Of a stretch of DNA of 64,000 nucleotides, positions 62,483 through 64,000 are shown piece by piece. The stretch spans positions 108,748,001-108,812,000 of the forward strand of contig NC_043002.1 of NCBI RefSeq assembly GCF_006345805.1. Direction: 5' to 3'. A program made the translations under genes and the position numbers. Within the stretch, counting starts at the first letter, position 1, and each line of letters starts with the position of its first letter. The notes beneath the pieces are model-generated. The model was not told where the DNA came from. It saw only the letters and a list, made by a program, of their open reading frames with translations, and searched no databases. The stretch comes from Octopus sinensis (lineage: Eukaryota).

Positions 62483-64000
62483 ACCTTCCAATGGCCCAGT
62501 GGTTAGGGCAGCGGACTCGCGGTCATAGGATCGCGGTTTTGATTCCCAGACCGGGCGTTGTGAGTGTTTATTGAGCGAAAACACCTAAAGCTCCACGAGG
62601 CTCCGGCAGGGTATGTTGGTGATCCCTGCTGTACTCTTTCACCACAACTTTCTCTCACTCTTTCTTCCTGTTTCTGTTGTACCTGTATTTCAAAGGGCCG
62701 GCCTTGTCACTCTCTGTGTCACGCTGAATATCTCCGAGAACTACGTTAAGGGTACACGTGTCTGTGGAGTGCTCAGCCACTTACACGTTAATTTGACGAG
62801 CAGGCTGTTCCGTTGATTCGGATCAACCGGGACCCTCATCGTCGTAACCGACGGAGTGCTTCCACACACCTTCCACTGAAGCATATTAGCAGAAGTTTCT
62901 TACCCCACCCACCACCACTCTGAAAGTAGTCCTGTTGAATAAAAATATTCTGTGTGATTTCTGTTTCACCCAAGTTGCACCGACAATCCTTTCTTACTCT
63001 TAGGGTCAGAAATGCAGTAAACCCTCAATAATCAGATTCTTGTAATCATTGATGGAATTGTTCATTAAATGTGATGTAAAATAAATAAATAAATAAATAA
63101 ATAGATAGGATAAATGAGAGATGGTGGAGGGGTAACATCTAATTTCAGTCACATTTCAACCATTTTAGATTTGAGAAAGTCAAAGCAGAAATAGATGCAA
63201 AAGAAAGAAATCAATAATCAATCAATCAATCAATCAATCAATAAGCTGTCACTAACCTATGAACTCACAACACTCTTGAAAATATTTATACAAGTTTGTT
63301 GTGTCATTGTCACTTTGTGGAACATGGTATACGTTTTGGATTCTGGAAACAGAAAGAGATCCCAGGGTTTAGCAGGGAAGAAGAATAAAAAAAATATTTG
63401 CAAATGGTTAACAATTATTGTGGAGAGGGGCCATTTGAAGTGGTAAAATAGTAAACACTGTGCCTTATATATGTGCATGTCTCACGGAGTGGTTGGCGCT
63501 CACGGAGTGGTTGGCTTCTCACGGAGTGGTTGGCATTAGGAAGGGCATCCAGCCGTAGAAACACTGCCAGATCAGACTGGGCCTGATGCAGCCTTCTGGC
63601 TTCACAGACCCCAGTTGAACTGTCCAACTCATGCTAGCATGGAAAGCGGACGCTAAATGATGATGATGATGATGTATGTACACACAGGAATAGCTCTGTG
63701 GCCAAGAAGTTTGCTTTCCAACCACTTGGAAAAATCAGATCATTGAAACTGCCGTAGAAAACAAAAGATCTCTTTGGGATTATTGATGAAAACTTTGATT
63801 TCAGTTTCAAGTTTAAAATCAAAAGATCTCTTGTTATTTTTGAAATAATACAAAAACATAAAATTATGACTGCTCTTTTGAAATTCTTTAGCTTTTTAGC
63901 ATTCAGATTGTGATGCTTATTGACTCAAATTGTCTTGAATTAATCATGCATTATCTCATAGCTTTGAGATCTCCATGGTGCAGTTGTATCTTTTTAGAAT

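Overview
AT-rich, repeat-dense animal DNA. The repeat families suggest a cephalopod (Octopus-like) genome; this is recognition by eye, not a search. The one supported protein-coding gene is the 5' end of PI4KA (phosphatidylinositol 4-kinase alpha) on the minus strand. Its four coding exons (52202-52294, 20340-20459, 14015-14108, 426-511) have GT/AG sites and consistent phases. They splice to MAALEQWCLYSKMLQQLAYTLASMKPTPWEK|[40 protein letters not shown]|YKEKILPYLLNVLRDLPKVQWIDGPKGTQKHK|[28 protein letters not shown], and none appears in the ORF track. Introns 1-3 are about 31.7, 6.2 and 13.5 kb. They are filled with tRNA-derived SINEs, RTE and R4/Dong LINE fragments, piggyBac- and mariner-type MITEs, two non-autonomous Helitrons, foldback elements and microsatellites. 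The main hunt result is four unrelated short intronic elements, each carrying a minimal type I hammerhead-ribozyme-like fold. Each has a self-complementary stem III (dimer-type, as known for Penelope-like elements) and a non-canonical core: CCGACGA, CCGAUGA, a G3-C8 swapped GUGAACA, and one decayed copy behind a tRNA-like head. All pairings were checked by hand and activity is untested. Most ORF-track entries are microsatellite or SINE artefacts.
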